Below, one piece after another: positions 12,230-23,995 of a DNA stretch of 25,797 nt. Made by a program: the position numbers and the translations under genes. Numbering within the stretch: position 1 is the stretch's first letter; each line of letters begins with the position of its first letter. Below the pieces are notes generated by a model. The model saw only the letters and a list, made by a program, of their open reading frames with translations. It did not search any database and was not told where the DNA came from. This DNA is from Ginkgo biloba (taxonomy: Eukaryota > Plantae > Ginkgophyta), in NCBI GenBank assembly GCA_024626585.2, contig JANKJI020000004.1, positions 49,468,783 to 49,494,579 on the forward strand. The letters are read 5' to 3'.

Positions 12230-12520
12230 TCAGTCTCTTCCTAGCAACATAACATATGACTCAAGTAATTTGATGATTATCATGTTCATACTATGGTGAG
12301 CTATTAGGTAGAGTGGATATGCACATGCAAGTCTTAAATTTATTTTATTATTTTCACTAGCTGAGAATCCATGGAAATCAATTATTCAAAAGTTTGAGTA
12401 TATTCCAAACCCAATCTCTTCATAACACTGTGTGGCATAATGTTATGAGGAGCTCCCATATTTATAATGAAATTATAGAGAATGAAATCATGTATCTAGA
12501 TAGAAATATAAAAGGGGAGA
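12230..12520 (-). pseudogene. Aspartic protease remnant, element B
   Basis: PFYISI*IHDFILYNFIINMGAPHNIMPHSVMKRLGLEYTQ...SMDSQLV...SYVMLLGRD*. The catalytic D-x-G-A has decayed to N-M-G-A, and the C-terminal LLGRDW motif is present. Confidence 0.85.
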
Positions 12521-13299
12521 TTTCATGGTACTTGGAGAACTTTCTCCTTCATAAGCATTGTTATTAGAGTAACAGTCCTAGGCGAAGTCTCCTTTCAAAT
12601 TTTCCATTTAGGTTAGAGACTTAAGAGAATCTATTAATTTCATATTGGTGGGGTATTTGGCCAAATCATTCACTATATTGTATTCTTTTGAAGGAGTATT
12701 CTTGAATCTTCTAATTTGGGATGATATTTGTTGAAATGACACACTTTGTTGAGTCACTTAAGGTCTAGAAGTATATGGATGGCCTTGAATTGAACCTTTA
12801 TCCTGGTCTTAATTGGCCTTATTATTTTCTTGATGTGAATTTCTCCTATTTTGTACAAGTATTTTTTCTAACACTTTATCCTCATAGAGACTTCAATATT
12901 TATTAGGTTGGATTGATTCCAACTTACTATGGATATTGAATGAGGAAGGGAAGTACATGGTTCAGTTATCTCAATTGAGTAAACTATTAATTTATTAAAC
13001 CTTAGAAAATTTGGATTTGTCTCCTTAGGATGATCATCCTAATAGGATTGGTAATAATAAGGTTCAATATTTATCGGAGGGATTGTCATCCATGGCCCCA
13101 TCAATTGGCCTAATACTTGGATTTAATTTTATTTTTTCTAAAAATATGGCTTCTTATTCTCCCCTACTTGTCTTCTTAATGAATTCACCTTGTTGCTAAG
13201 GGTTTGTAGGAGTCTCAAGGTTTTTAGAGTCTTAGGACTAGGAAGTGGACTATGTTTTTCAATCTAAACTGGTATCAAAGTAATGATAGTCCTTTTACT

Positions 13300-13696
13300 T
13301 GATTCAACTAAGTCTTTTCTCAATTCTCCTTATAGCAACCATCACATCAATCAAATTTTTAATCCCTTTATTTTTTATGATATTCCTCATCTTAGGGTCC
13401 AAATCCTACATGTGGAAACAAAAACAGATTTCTTTCATTGGTCTCACAATAGCCAAGACATTGGTTCTAGTCTATCCAAATATCAAATTAAAATATTTAA
13501 AATATTCTTCCACCCTCTTATAGATCATTATCAAATTCTTTAACAATGTATCGTTGTTAATAGGGGTACTATATTTCCATAATAATTCTTCATCCTTAAG
13601 CGTCTACACCAATAATCAGATAATAACATTTGCTATAGCAACTGCTAGTATGGTGCACTCTTTCAAAATTGATGATATATTTTCTTCTATAGTCAC
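13300..13696 (-). pseudogene. gag: Retrotransposon gag remnant, element B
   Basis: VTIEENISSILKECTILAVAIANVII*LLV*TLKDEELLWKYSTP...EEYFKYFNLIF...VRP...LDPKMRNIIKNKGIKNLIDVMVAIRRIEKRL fits the gag pattern EEH...F...C....V.HEDV..RLF.QTL...A..W...LP and L..A...A..IE. Confidence 0.8.
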
Positions 13697-14659
13697 NNNN
13701 NNNNNNNNNNNNNNNNNNNNNNNNNNNNNNNNNNNNNTCATAAATATTTATTTCTAAGTTAAGAGGTCATACTATAAGCCACAAAGCCTCTACCATTAGT
13801 AGAAGATGGGTTTGATGGGGAGGAGGTTGGATGAGAGGTGTCGTAATGAGTTTGATTTAAAGTAAAGTGATTATAAAGATAGTAATAGAAGTTGGTAATA
13901 AAATTTCTCTATAGATTGATGGAGAGATAAAGGGAGATAGAGGTGGTGTAGCCTAGGAAATGACAAGCATGTTTGGAGGAAAAATAGGAATGTAGGCCTC
14001 AATATCTGGAGAATCAAAGTGAAGGGATTTTTCTTTCTTCAAAGGTGATGAAGGTTGATCCAAAATACCTCATTATTTGTTTAATATGGTATGGGATTTT
14101 ATTATTTTATGTAGATTGATCAATCAAATGAATTCCTCCCATTGCTCATTTGAAGTCCCCATTATGGTCGTCAATTTTGTTGCTTAGATTTTGTGTATCA
14201 AAGAAAATTAATTTTTTTTACTAAATGCCCATAGTAAAGGGTAATGCAAAAAATACATTAGGCATAGGAGATGGAATCCCTATAATATTATAAGGAGTGA
14301 CTCCCTGAAATNNNNNNNNNNNNNNNNNNNNNNNNNNNNNNNNNNNNNNNNNNNNNNNNNNNNNNNNNNNNNNNNNNNNNNNNNNNNNNNNNNNNNNNNN
14401 NNNNNNNNNNNACCTTATTTTCTTCTCTATTCCTCTCTTTATGCTTTTTACCTCGACTATTGGTGTAGTTGCACAAAAATTAAAAACTAATTAGTACTGG
14501 CCATTTCTACAGTTATTTCTTTTTGGTTAAGATTATGTTCTTGTAACTATTGTATCTTCTCTTAAATATCCTCAATTTTATCCATAAATATATATTTATT
14601 ATGTGTGTGAATTCTCAAAATTTCTCTTTTAATTCTTTTAGTTTCTTTAAACTTAGATT

Positions 14660-17500
14660 TCACAAAAAAATTTACTTCTTATACAATACTTTGTAGGTCT
14701 AAGATACAAGTAGTAAAAGTAGTGTGGTCTAATATTTTTGTATCACTCAATAAATGAAGAAACTTATCCTTCTTTTCATGTACCAACTCCATGTAATTAT
14801 TTTTTGGGATAATTTGATCCTCCCTCCAAAGTGATGATATTTGGTTCTTCAATGTTTGTTGTTTCAAATAAGAGAATATTTCATCAAGTCTAGTTTTCAA
14901 CCTTGAGAGCTATCCTAAATTTTGGCGATACTGATCTATTTTAATAATGAAATTTAATCCTCGACCTTCATTACCTCTTCCAATTTAAAATTTATATCAC
15001 TAGGTTTCTTTCTCATATGATCCTGCCCTTCAATTATTTTCTTATTTAAGAATGATTTAGCATACATAAAGTTTACTATCTAAATCTACTCTTACTATAA
15101 TGGTTTATAACTTATGGATAAGGTCATATGATCACAATGAAATTTTTTCTCTTTTCTCCTACACCTTTTGGTTCATTTTAGTGATGGCTTTATGACGTAC
15201 CCCTATAATATTTAATTTCTTATATAATCCACTCTCATTTGATGGCACAATAAAAGTGGATGTATCAATTTCAATTGGGGGTGTTAGGGATAATTCAAAT
15301 GACCTTAATTTTTTCTCAAGGGATGAATTTTTATTATTCAACTGAGAATTCTCCCTTGACAATTTGTCCACCTTTACTTTTAAGGCTTGAAATGAAACCT
15401 CGTGAAATTTAACTATTTCATGGGCTGATAATTAGCCCACATATAATTCTATTTCTTAGAATTAAAAATTTGTTGTGGTAATAACAAACTTGGAATTTGA
15501 AGAATTAGGCTTAGCTTCTCAAATTTTGATAGATTTATTTCTTGCATCAAAATTAAAGGCAACATGTTGCCTATTAAAATTAAGAGGTGTAGATGCACCT
15601 ATCGCAACCAAAGATGATTTATTATTTAGGAGTTATATGAACCAAGGATTGGGAGTGGGCTCCACTTAACCAGATTATTAGACCATAAAGTACATAGGTC
15701 ACTCCATAGTTGAAGCCATCCTAGTGTTCAAAATAGAAGTATGACTAGGTTACTCTAGACTAATGGTAAAATTACTCTTTGGCACTGACTCCCTCAATAT
15801 ACAACTCTTAGAGGTTTTCCATTTTTTGGAGCTATGTTTTCCCTCCTCATGCTCTAATTTTTTATTTTAACCTTTTTTAAGACTGTCATCACCACCTCAT
15901 CCTCATCCTCCTTCATTTTGATTAGTTTATAACACAATATAAGTAGGTCTACTTATAGTTTTCATGACTATCCCTATAGTTTTTGACTCACCACTTGAAT
16001 CTAATGCTCTTAGTAGAGGATCTTATCTTTTTTTTTTAACTCCATGCATGATTGAGTCTTTTGGGATTGAGACTTTATCCTTTAATCTTCTCCCTTCATA
16101 TGAGACCCCACTACTTTTGGAAGATTCTAACTTATAAGGTTTAGACTTAGAAGTACTAGTTTTAGGGGTGACGATGCCCCTTTTATTATATAGCACCCAA
16201 TCATAATCTATTCGGTTCCTAATTTTATCCACTAAATCTATATTAAAGTGATAGTGATTCATCTTGCAATGGAAAGAGAAATCCCTTCAAAATTATAGAT
16301 CCTTTCTTAGACTTATTCAAATTAGTACTCTCTTATATTATTGGAAAAGGATGTTACTTGTCCTATGTTCATAATAGTAAGATAACCCAAACAAAAGAGG
16401 TAGGTATAGAAGGCATTTTTCTTACCTTTATATGATATTCTATAGTGTATTATTTAATTTGTCTTCAAAATTTATAAAGTAATGTTCAATCATCCATAAA
16501 TTTTATAAGATGATATGGAATTTCTTCAAATCCATATAATTGAATGTAAGTGTAATCCTTTTTAAGTAACTAATCTCTAACCCCTCTCAAGGAATCTCTA
16601 ACAGCATCAGTGACCTTTGGAAATTCCTAATTCTAAAGGAGTGAATACAATTTATAGATGAATTTGTCATCTAAAAGGAATAAATACTTATTATAATTCT
16701 CCTTATAGATTTTAGGGTACTAGTAGGTGACTAGTAATTATTTTTCCTCCTTGTTCTAGATATTACAAAATAACCTAGAAAAAATTCAAGCATAGAACAA
16801 ATCATAGAATAAATAAGAGGACATATATAAATGGAAGGATTATGGGAGTTCTATGAGTCAGTGCATAATATTTTAACTAATGATATTGGACCATTTAAAT
16901 GAAAGTACCTTACTTGTATATCATAAATCATCCATATCATGTAATGATAAATTTTATTGGTATTTTTCTCACAAAAAATACTACTCAATAAGGCCACCAC
17001 ATGTTTGTATTCTCATTTTAATTTTATTTTCTCATAAGAGGGTTTACCANNNNNNNNNNNNNNNNNNNNNTCTTCTCTCCATGAATTAATTAATTTAGGG
17101 ACCTAGGGATATTCCTAATAAAGCCCATCTTATTTTTTAAAAGATAATTATTACTCTAGGTTTGGGAGGTCTAGCATTGTCTGTAATACTTTAGGATTAA
17201 GAAAACCCAACACTTGATCTGAAATCAATATTATAGATTTTTTGCTAGGATCAAATCTCTGATCCACCTATTTAATAAATTGTTAACATGGAAAAACCTT
17301 AGGTAATTCCACTTCTTGAACCAAACTAGACTATCATAAAATGTATTCTTTCCTTCTTTCATCAAATACATTCATGAATTCTTTGAAAATAATTCTAAAA
17401 CCTGCATGATAGAAATCCCAAGTATCAATAATTTCTATTGTTGGTGTGATTTCATAATTTGAAACTCTTTATCCTCATGCACTTCTCCTCACCATGATTA
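14660..17500 (-). pseudogene. Long extra ORF relic 3' of integrase, function unknown (element C)
   Basis: Protein-like - strand segments over ~2.8 kb: VLGFLNPKVLQTMLDLP; VVALLSSIFCEK; KWSNIIS*NIMH*LIELP*SFHLYMSSYLFY (16897-16800); PKVTDAVRDSLRGVRD*LLKKDYTYIQLYGFEEIPYHLIKF (16620-16500); a Ser/Lys/acidic low-complexity linker; and a coiled-coil-like DKLSRENSQLNNKNSSLEKKL. ORFs 16023..16262, 15159..15371 and 14679..14900 are pieces of it. Confidence 0.7.
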
Positions 17501-17779
17501 GTATTACTATAATAAACTCTACATGATCAAGAAATACCCAAATGTAAAATATTTTATCTGTATTTTTTCCTTCTCTATTCATCTTCAAAAGCATAAACTA
17601 TTTTTCAATAAATGATTGTCTTTAAAAAAATAATTCTTTTAAAACCAATTCATTAATAGGAAACATCCATTTAATTCGAAGGAAACAAGTCACCACCTTA
17701 NNNNNNNNNNNNNNNNNNNNNNNNNNNNNNNATAAATTTTTTGAATAGATGGGATAAATTCCTTGCTAATATCTTAAAA

Positions 17780-18850
17780 CTCATCAAATAATGGTTGAAA
17801 AAAATGAGATCCAATATTATGTTACTATGTTTTCTAGATTTAATTATGTGGGTCCCAACCACCTTTTTCCCTTTTCAAGTTTCAGTTGCTCAGAGAGACA
17901 ACCACATAATGGTGAGGTGATATTTTCACTAAAAACCTAAGAGCTTGATATTTTAAGAGTTTCACTTACCATTTGTTTGATCCAAACTATTTCCTTTTGG
18001 ATTCATAGACCTTGACACATATTTGTATCACTCTTAAGACTTCATAGAATATGAAGTCTGAATTCTAAACTCTAACCTTCCAATTCTTTTACTAAAAATA
18101 TATTTGAGTCTTTATCAATGTGAGAACATAATATATTTTGGTCCACGAGTTTCAAATCCATTGTTCACCTTGAATTTTTAGAGCCTTCTGACCTCCTAAC
18201 TTTGATAATCACCGTACACCCCTATACGGACATGATATTGATATTAAATTTATTTAATTTTTGGACATGTGGCTATGAGTTTCTTCATACTTTCATGGTA
18301 CCATAAATGATCCTTAACACTTCTTCCCTAGGTATCCCAAACTCCAAAACCTAAATATTTGTTATAAATTATTAATATGAGGAAGTCTTCATGAAATGAA
18401 TTCTCCACTCATGTCTGAGAACCATCATTGTAAGATTATAACTTATCGAAGGAGAATAACCGAAGGTAATTAGTAATCAATTTTATACAATTTCTATAAT
18501 AGTTATTACCTACAATGAATAGAACATAATATTATCATAAATTCAAACCACTGAGTGAGTCCTTAGTGTAACAACTTGTTTTTCTTTTAGTAGGACAAGC
18601 AATCATTCATACATTCAAGACTCGAGGAATTAAATCTTTTGAATGGGTTACTATTTCTCATCTTGGTCAAGTTGGAATGATATCCTAATTATTACTTTAG
18701 GTAATATATTTCAAACTTCATTTAATATTATGGTAATTATTCTAAAATAAACAAGGTACCATTCATGGGTCCATAAGGAAGCCTTCCTGGGGAGGAGTAC
18801 CCCCTATAGGTATGCATATCCTAGAATCTCTGGTTTTGTAACCATATCTT
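17780..18850 (-). pseudogene. Integrase remnant of a non-chromovirus Ty3/gypsy (element C)
   Basis: Ordered motifs RICIP...GP..G (18822-18755; cf. RRC.P...H.GP.GGHF), FGIPRE (~18341-18324) and KL....RWLGP (GPY/F module, ~17885-17850). Confidence 0.65.
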
Positions 18851-19128
18851 TGGATCATATTATTTATCATCACATGTAGGATATTTCCCTTAAAATTGGC
18901 ATTGATAAAGTATATTTTCATACATTCCAAACATGCTACAAAATACAAGAACCTGAAAAGATAACTCTTATGGTGGAATTCGTAACACAAATCATGTCCA
19001 TGGTTGAAAAAATACTATAAATATGATAACTTATCATGAAACTAAACTTAATTTTTTGTGTATGGTATTCTCACAATGAGAAAAAAATTCATTAAATTTA
19101 GGATTAGAATCATCATAATCTCTTTGCA

Positions 19129-19141
19129 GGTTCTGATGCCA
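19129..19141 (-). promoter_or_regulatory. Possible primer-binding site (tRNA-iMet-like)
   Basis: The - strand reads TGGCATCAGAACC versus the consensus TGGTATCAGAGCC (two transitions). The upstream ~19142-19500 region looks non-coding and could be an LTR, but no partner LTR was seen. Confidence 0.4.
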
Positions 19142-19579
19142 GGTATGGGAGGTGATGGAAAGATTAGAAGTAAAGGGGGAGGGTGATGAAAAATACTTTT
19201 GCTTCTTGAAACCCATTTACTTATCACTACTCCTCTGTATAAGACTAAGATTGATCAAACACTTATGAGTACAAGATAAGTGTAATCATAAATGTTACAT
19301 TGTGAGTGACCTTAGTCATGTGCAAAGCCTCTTTTCACATAAGACTTTCCTTGGTATTTTGTGTGATGACCCCAATATATTTGATCAATTATACGTGAAT
19401 TTTCTACCATACTAACATTTCCTACATCTTATAGAGATGATTTTGCAAGACCTTGATCCTTGAGCCATGGAAGTGTCACGTGTAGGGATGTCGCATTTAT
19501 TTTATATTTATTATTTTTAAATAAATAATACAACTTTATATTTTTTAGAAGTGATTATATTCTTCTTCTATATTTCAGT

Positions 19580-20330
19580 TACATGTGCTATGACATCTTG
19601 ATTTTGCATGTGGATGTACTTATTCCTTATTCCTTTTTCTCGTATAATTTTATTGATGACTATTGGTACATGCTATCATTACCAATAATGTTTACTTAAT
19701 TTTAGAGATAATAATCATGTCTTGTTTCTACCATTCAGTGCTAAGAATAAATATTTGACTAATCCTTTCGCATGTGTGAGAAGTTCTGCAAAATCTAAAA
19801 TTTTCTATAAAAGGAAAATATCTTAGGATAGAATAGGATGGGATTGAATCTTGTGTTTATTATGAGAAATATGGGAGGTGAAAGTGTTGACACTATGTGG
19901 ATCAAGAAAAGAATGGGTGGTTGAATGAAAAGAGAATGTTAGGAAGTCTTTCCTTTCTATATTATTTTTCATGAGAAAGTAGGTACTCCTTATGGTAATA
20001 TGTGATAACTTAGAGGAATGGGAGGTATTGGAAAGAAGAATGGAGGGAAATAGGCAAGACATAAAAAAAATTGAATGTGGAGATAATTGTTTAGATATAT
20101 AAAACCAACTTTATATGTGCTCTAAAGATGTCCTAAATAAAATTCTCTGTGAAGTGGCATACATAGCATTATNNNNNNNNNNNNNNNNNNNNACCAAGAA
20201 CTGAAAGTTGAGGGTGAGAGAAGATGAAGAGATAGGTGAGGAGAAGGTCATCACCCAAATTTATAGCTTCAGTGCTCCTCGTGTTCAGGATAGCCATTAT
20301 TCTTTGAAGTCCATTATTCAACCTCTTTAA
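19580..20330 (-). mobile_element. Possible decayed L1-type LINE ORF2 fragment
   Basis: Ordered weak motifs: LNNG...TR...GD...YLFI (cf. LING...RGLRQGDPLSPYLFI), GVP (cf. YLGVP), LLTHAKGLVK (cf. LS.AG..L.K) and HYW...VPIVINKIIREK...MQNQ..IA (cf. F.W...PLV.W.K...K...N.AL.AK). The spacings are imperfect. Confidence 0.3.
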
Positions 20331-21084
20331 TTTCCCTAACACTGGGCACTATAGCCATTCGGTTATTTATACCACTAATAAATTATTTTCATTGTAATAT
20401 GTTTATGAANNNNNNNNNNNNNNNNNNNNNNNNNNNNNNNNNNNNNNNNNNNNNNNNNNNNNNNNNNNNNNNNNNNNNNNNNNNNNNNNNNNNNNNNNNN
20501 NNNNNNNNNCCTTTCATGCTCACCATGTACCTCAAAAACCAACTATTATTATAACATATTTTCTTCAATAAGACTTCATCCATCCTTTTTTCTCATTCAA
20601 ATAAAAAATTATTCATCATAAGAATTCTTTTTTAGGTACAATAGAATCTAATGATACTTAATTACTACAACTCTATGTCACATTTGAACCATTTCAACTT
20701 GCCATAATCGAAGAAGATAATCAATAAGTCATTGATCAAAATTCCAGGATGAAAATTTAATGATAAACGTTAAACTAGAAACAAATTAATTTCCCAATTA
20801 TGCAATGCGATCTTCCTTTGTTGCACTAAGAAATTATAGACTTCCTTTTTCTTTGGCATTGTGCTTTGAATGTGATTTTNNNNNNNNNNNNNNNNNNNNN
20901 NNNNNNNNNNNNNNNNNNNNNNNNNNNNNNNNNNNNNNNNNNNNNNNNNNNNNNNNNNATAGGGTATACACACCCCTATAACATCATGCTGAGTTATAAA
21001 CATATATTTAAACCACACAAGATCATAAATGACATTGTAATAACATAAATTTACATAAATAAATAAAAGAGGATGTACCTTGGT

Positions 21085-21632
21085 ATTTTGGATTTCTTCA
21101 AATGATGTGGGATATTTCCTTAGAAAAAATTCCACTTTATATAATACCTCAAGATTAGTGATTTTATTNNNNNNNNNNNNNNNNNNNNNNNNNNNNNNNN
21201 NNNNNNNNNNNNNNNNNNNNNNNNNNNNNNNNNNNNNNNNTTTTTGGCCAAGTTTGGCATTATTATATATCTCTACACAAATATAATGACATAAGGAAAT
21301 ATTTAAAGGGTGGAACCTTAATCCATAACAATAAATATGGATTTATTATTCAATAACTTCCCTAAAATTATATCTCAAAATTAGAAGCATCCATTCACCA
21401 AGCATAGGGTAGAAGTATAGAAAAAAAATATGACTTATAATGTAAATAATTAATATGATAGATATATAGAAATTTAAATACAATGTTGAGATGATAAAAT
21501 AATGAATGCTTGATGTCATCCTTGGTATTTTTTTTATACATTTTTATGGTACTTGAACATACCTAGCATCATATAACTGATAGGGATAAATGAGCCTTAA
21601 AAATCCTTTACAAAAGGTCAAATTTCCCTTAG
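21085..21632 (-). pseudogene. Possible integrase C-terminus (GPY/F-like) and chromodomain remnant, element D
   Basis: RLIYPYQL...KIP....IHYFIISTL (cf. GPY.I...LP....IH.VFHVS.L) and LRYYIKW at 21152-21132 (cf. chromodomain YLVKW). Both lie at the expected distance from the HHCC finger but are very decayed. Confidence 0.4.
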
Positions 21633-22543
21633 NNNNNNNNNNNNNNNNNNNNNNNNNNNNNNNNNNNNNNNNNNNNNNNNNNNNNNNNNNNNNNNNNNNN
21701 NNNNNNNNNNNNNNNNNNNNNNNNNNNNNNNNNNNNNNNNNNNNNNNNNNNNNNNNNNNNNNNNNNNNNNNNNNNNNNNNNNNNNNNNNNNNNNNNNNNN
21801 NNNNNNNNNNNNNNNNNNNNNNNNNNNNNNNNNNNNNNNNNNNNNNNNNNNNNNNNNNNNNNNNNNNNNNNNNNNNNNNNNNNNNNNNNNNNNNNNNNNN
21901 NNNNNNNNNNNNNNNNNNNNNNNNNNNNNNNNNNNNNNNNNNNNNNNNNNNNNNNNNNNNNNNNNNNNNNNNNNNNNNNNNNNNNNNNNNNNNNNNNNNN
22001 NNNNNNNNNNNNNNNNNNNNNNNNNNNNNNNNNNNNNNNNNNNNNNNNNNNNNNNNNNNNNNNNNNNNNNNNNNNNNNNNNNNNNNNNNNNNNNNNNNNN
22101 NNNNNNNNNNNNNNNNNNNNNNNNNNNNNNNNNNNNNNNNNNNNNNNNNNNNNNNNNNNNNNNNNNNNNNNNNNNNNNNNNNNNNNNNNNNNNNNNNNNN
22201 NNNNNNNNNNNNNNNNNNNNNNNNNNNNNNNNNNNNNNNNNNNNNNNNNNNNNNNNNNNNNNNNNNNNNNNNNNNNNNNNNNNNNNNNNNNNNNNNNNNN
22301 NNNNNNNNNNNNNNNNNNNNNNNNNNNNNNNNNNNNNNNNNNNNNNNNNNNNNNNNNNNNNNNNNNNNNNNNNNNNNNNNNNNNNNNNNNNNNNNNNNNN
22401 NNNNNNNNNNNNNNNNNNNNNNNNNNNNNNNNNNNNNNNNNNNNNNNNNNNNNNNNNNNNNNNNNNNNNNNNNNNNNNNNNNNNNNNNNNNNNNNNNNNN
22501 NNNNNNNNNNNNNNNNNNNNNNNNNNNNNNNNNNNNNNNNNNA
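21633..22543. other. Assembly gap (largest of many N runs)
   Basis: Continuous N run. Other runs include 23998-24735 and several of exactly 100 N (e.g. 2503-2602, 6272-6371, 10521-10620, 11800-11899, 14312-14411), which usually denote gaps of unknown size. Confidence 0.95.
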
Positions 22544-22670
22544 CATTGTTCACAATTTAAACATATTCTACAGTCTCTTTCCTCATGTTCTTCCAATAGA
22601 CATATTTCCTTGCTACTTCATATGTCTTATCCCTACCAATGTGATTGGTTAAAGGACTATTATGGAGTTT
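22544..22670 (-). pseudogene. Integrase HHCC Zn-finger remnant, element D
   Basis: HNSPLTNHIGRDKTYEVARKYVYWKNMRKETVEYV followed, after a frameshift, by CEQC. Confidence 0.9.
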
Positions 22671-22884
22671 ATATAATATTTTACATTTTAGTTCTATAAC
22701 ATTTTGGATAATGATTCAATATCCATAACAAAGTAACACAACATGTTAAGATATTTTCTATAGATGCTCTCCATCTATAATTTATTTTCTTGTCTCTTAG
22801 AACCATTTTTTCTTGTCTTGGCCTCTTGAATTTATTTTCTAAAAGACCCTTATAGGATTAATACATTATACACTTTTTATAATA

Positions 22885-23230
22885 TTGATAATCCGTCCAC
22901 TACCACATTTTCCTTCCCTACTCTATAAGTTATTTTAGGATTTAAATCTTCAAATACTATAACCCATCTATATTTGATCGATCCCAATTATATATTGTAT
23001 GGAAATAATAATAATGTATTATGGTATGTAATGAATTGAAATTCACTATTCTTGAGATAATTATTTCATATTTTTATTGTATGTATGATTGCCAATAATT
23101 ATTGTTAAAATATGAGATATATTATCTCTACTTCATTCATATTTCACAACCAGCCATTTTACTATCTTAGGTGACAACTTATCCAATTATAACTCCACTT
23201 GCATCTGTAAATAAGGTGAATGTATTGGTG
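22885..23230 (-). pseudogene. Ty3/gypsy RNase H remnant, element D
   Basis: FTLFTDASGVIIG*VV...LLAIIHTIK...YL...RWVIVFEDLNPKITYRVGKENVVVDGLS. Confidence 0.9.
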
Positions 23231-23279
23231 GATCCATATTTAGTAATGTCAACATTGGTCCTTCTAATAACTTTTGGAT

Positions 23280-23995
23280 GATTAAGAAATATTTCTTCGC
23301 ATTGATCTATCCATTTAAATATTCTATAATTCTTAAATAATTCTATAAGTGGTGCTTATTACTTTGATAAACTTAATATAAATCTTTGATAAAAGATAAA
23401 AAATATAAGGAAACTCCTTGCTTCATGTAGACTAACTAATTTCCTCCATTCTTTAAGTACTTTAATATTCTTTGGATCTACTATAAACCATTTTTAAGAT
23501 ACTATAATCCCCAAATACTCTATTTTATCTTTTTAAAACTTAAATTTGGACATTTTGGGATATAATTTTTCTTCCCTTAGTACTTTTAGTACTTGACATA
23601 GATTCTCCTCTTGATCCTTCTTATTATTTTTATAAATCATGATTGCATTGAGAAAAACTACCATAAACTTGCCTAAAAAAAGGTATTAATANNNNNNNNN
23701 NNNNNNNNNNNNNNNNNNNNNNNNNNNNNNNNNNNNNNNNNNNNNNNTCAATAAACATTGGTAGTGACCATCCCTTATAATAAAGGTTATTTTCTCTAAA
23801 TATTTTATATTAATCATTATCTAATTATATCTATTAGTTAAGTCTATTTTTTAGAATATTTTTTCTCCCTTAATAGTATATAAAGGTCATAAATTATTGG
23901 GAGTGGATACTTATTATTTATATTTACTTTATTCAAGGTGTTATATACACACACACTCTCATAGAAACATACTTCTTATTCCCTAATAACATTGG
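23280..23995 (-). pseudogene. pol: Reverse transcriptase remnant, element D
   Basis: KKYVSMRVCV..LNK...NKYPLP..DL...KIDL...GHY and GKFMVVFLNAIMIY (catalytic DD lost), LREEKLYPKMSK, IEYLG, VDPKNI, ARSFL..FYQRFI, APL, FKW. Confidence 0.92.

Larger units (their letters stand above)
11200..14200 (-). mobile_element. Decayed Tat-clade Ty3/gypsy internal region: gag-protease-additional RNase H-integrase, no RT (element B)
   Basis: Colinear - strand remnants of four domains, listed as separate features. Outer boundaries are approximate. Confidence 0.85.

Noticed and set aside
11326-13757. Short + strand ORFs as small host genes
   Set aside because: They are antisense shadows of the - strand gag/pol remnants of element B.
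14200-14660. Treating the extra ORF as an Ogre-like ORF upstream of element B gag
   Set aside because: It directly follows a different integrase and is separated from element B by an unsized 100-N gap. No LTR or PBS links the two, so they were kept as separate elements.
15475-15669. 64-aa + strand ORF
   Set aside because: Antisense to the extra ORF of element C, with no recognisable domain.
20959-20985. Polypurine tract and TG start of a 3' LTR for element D (TATAGGGG-TGTG on the - strand)
   Set aside because: The purine run is too short, it abuts a gap, and no 5' LTR is available in the window for comparison.
21544-22699. Long ORFs of 305-369 aa in the ORF track
   Set aside because: They are almost entirely X residues from an N gap. 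Only the CEQC end is real and belongs to the integrase Zn finger.
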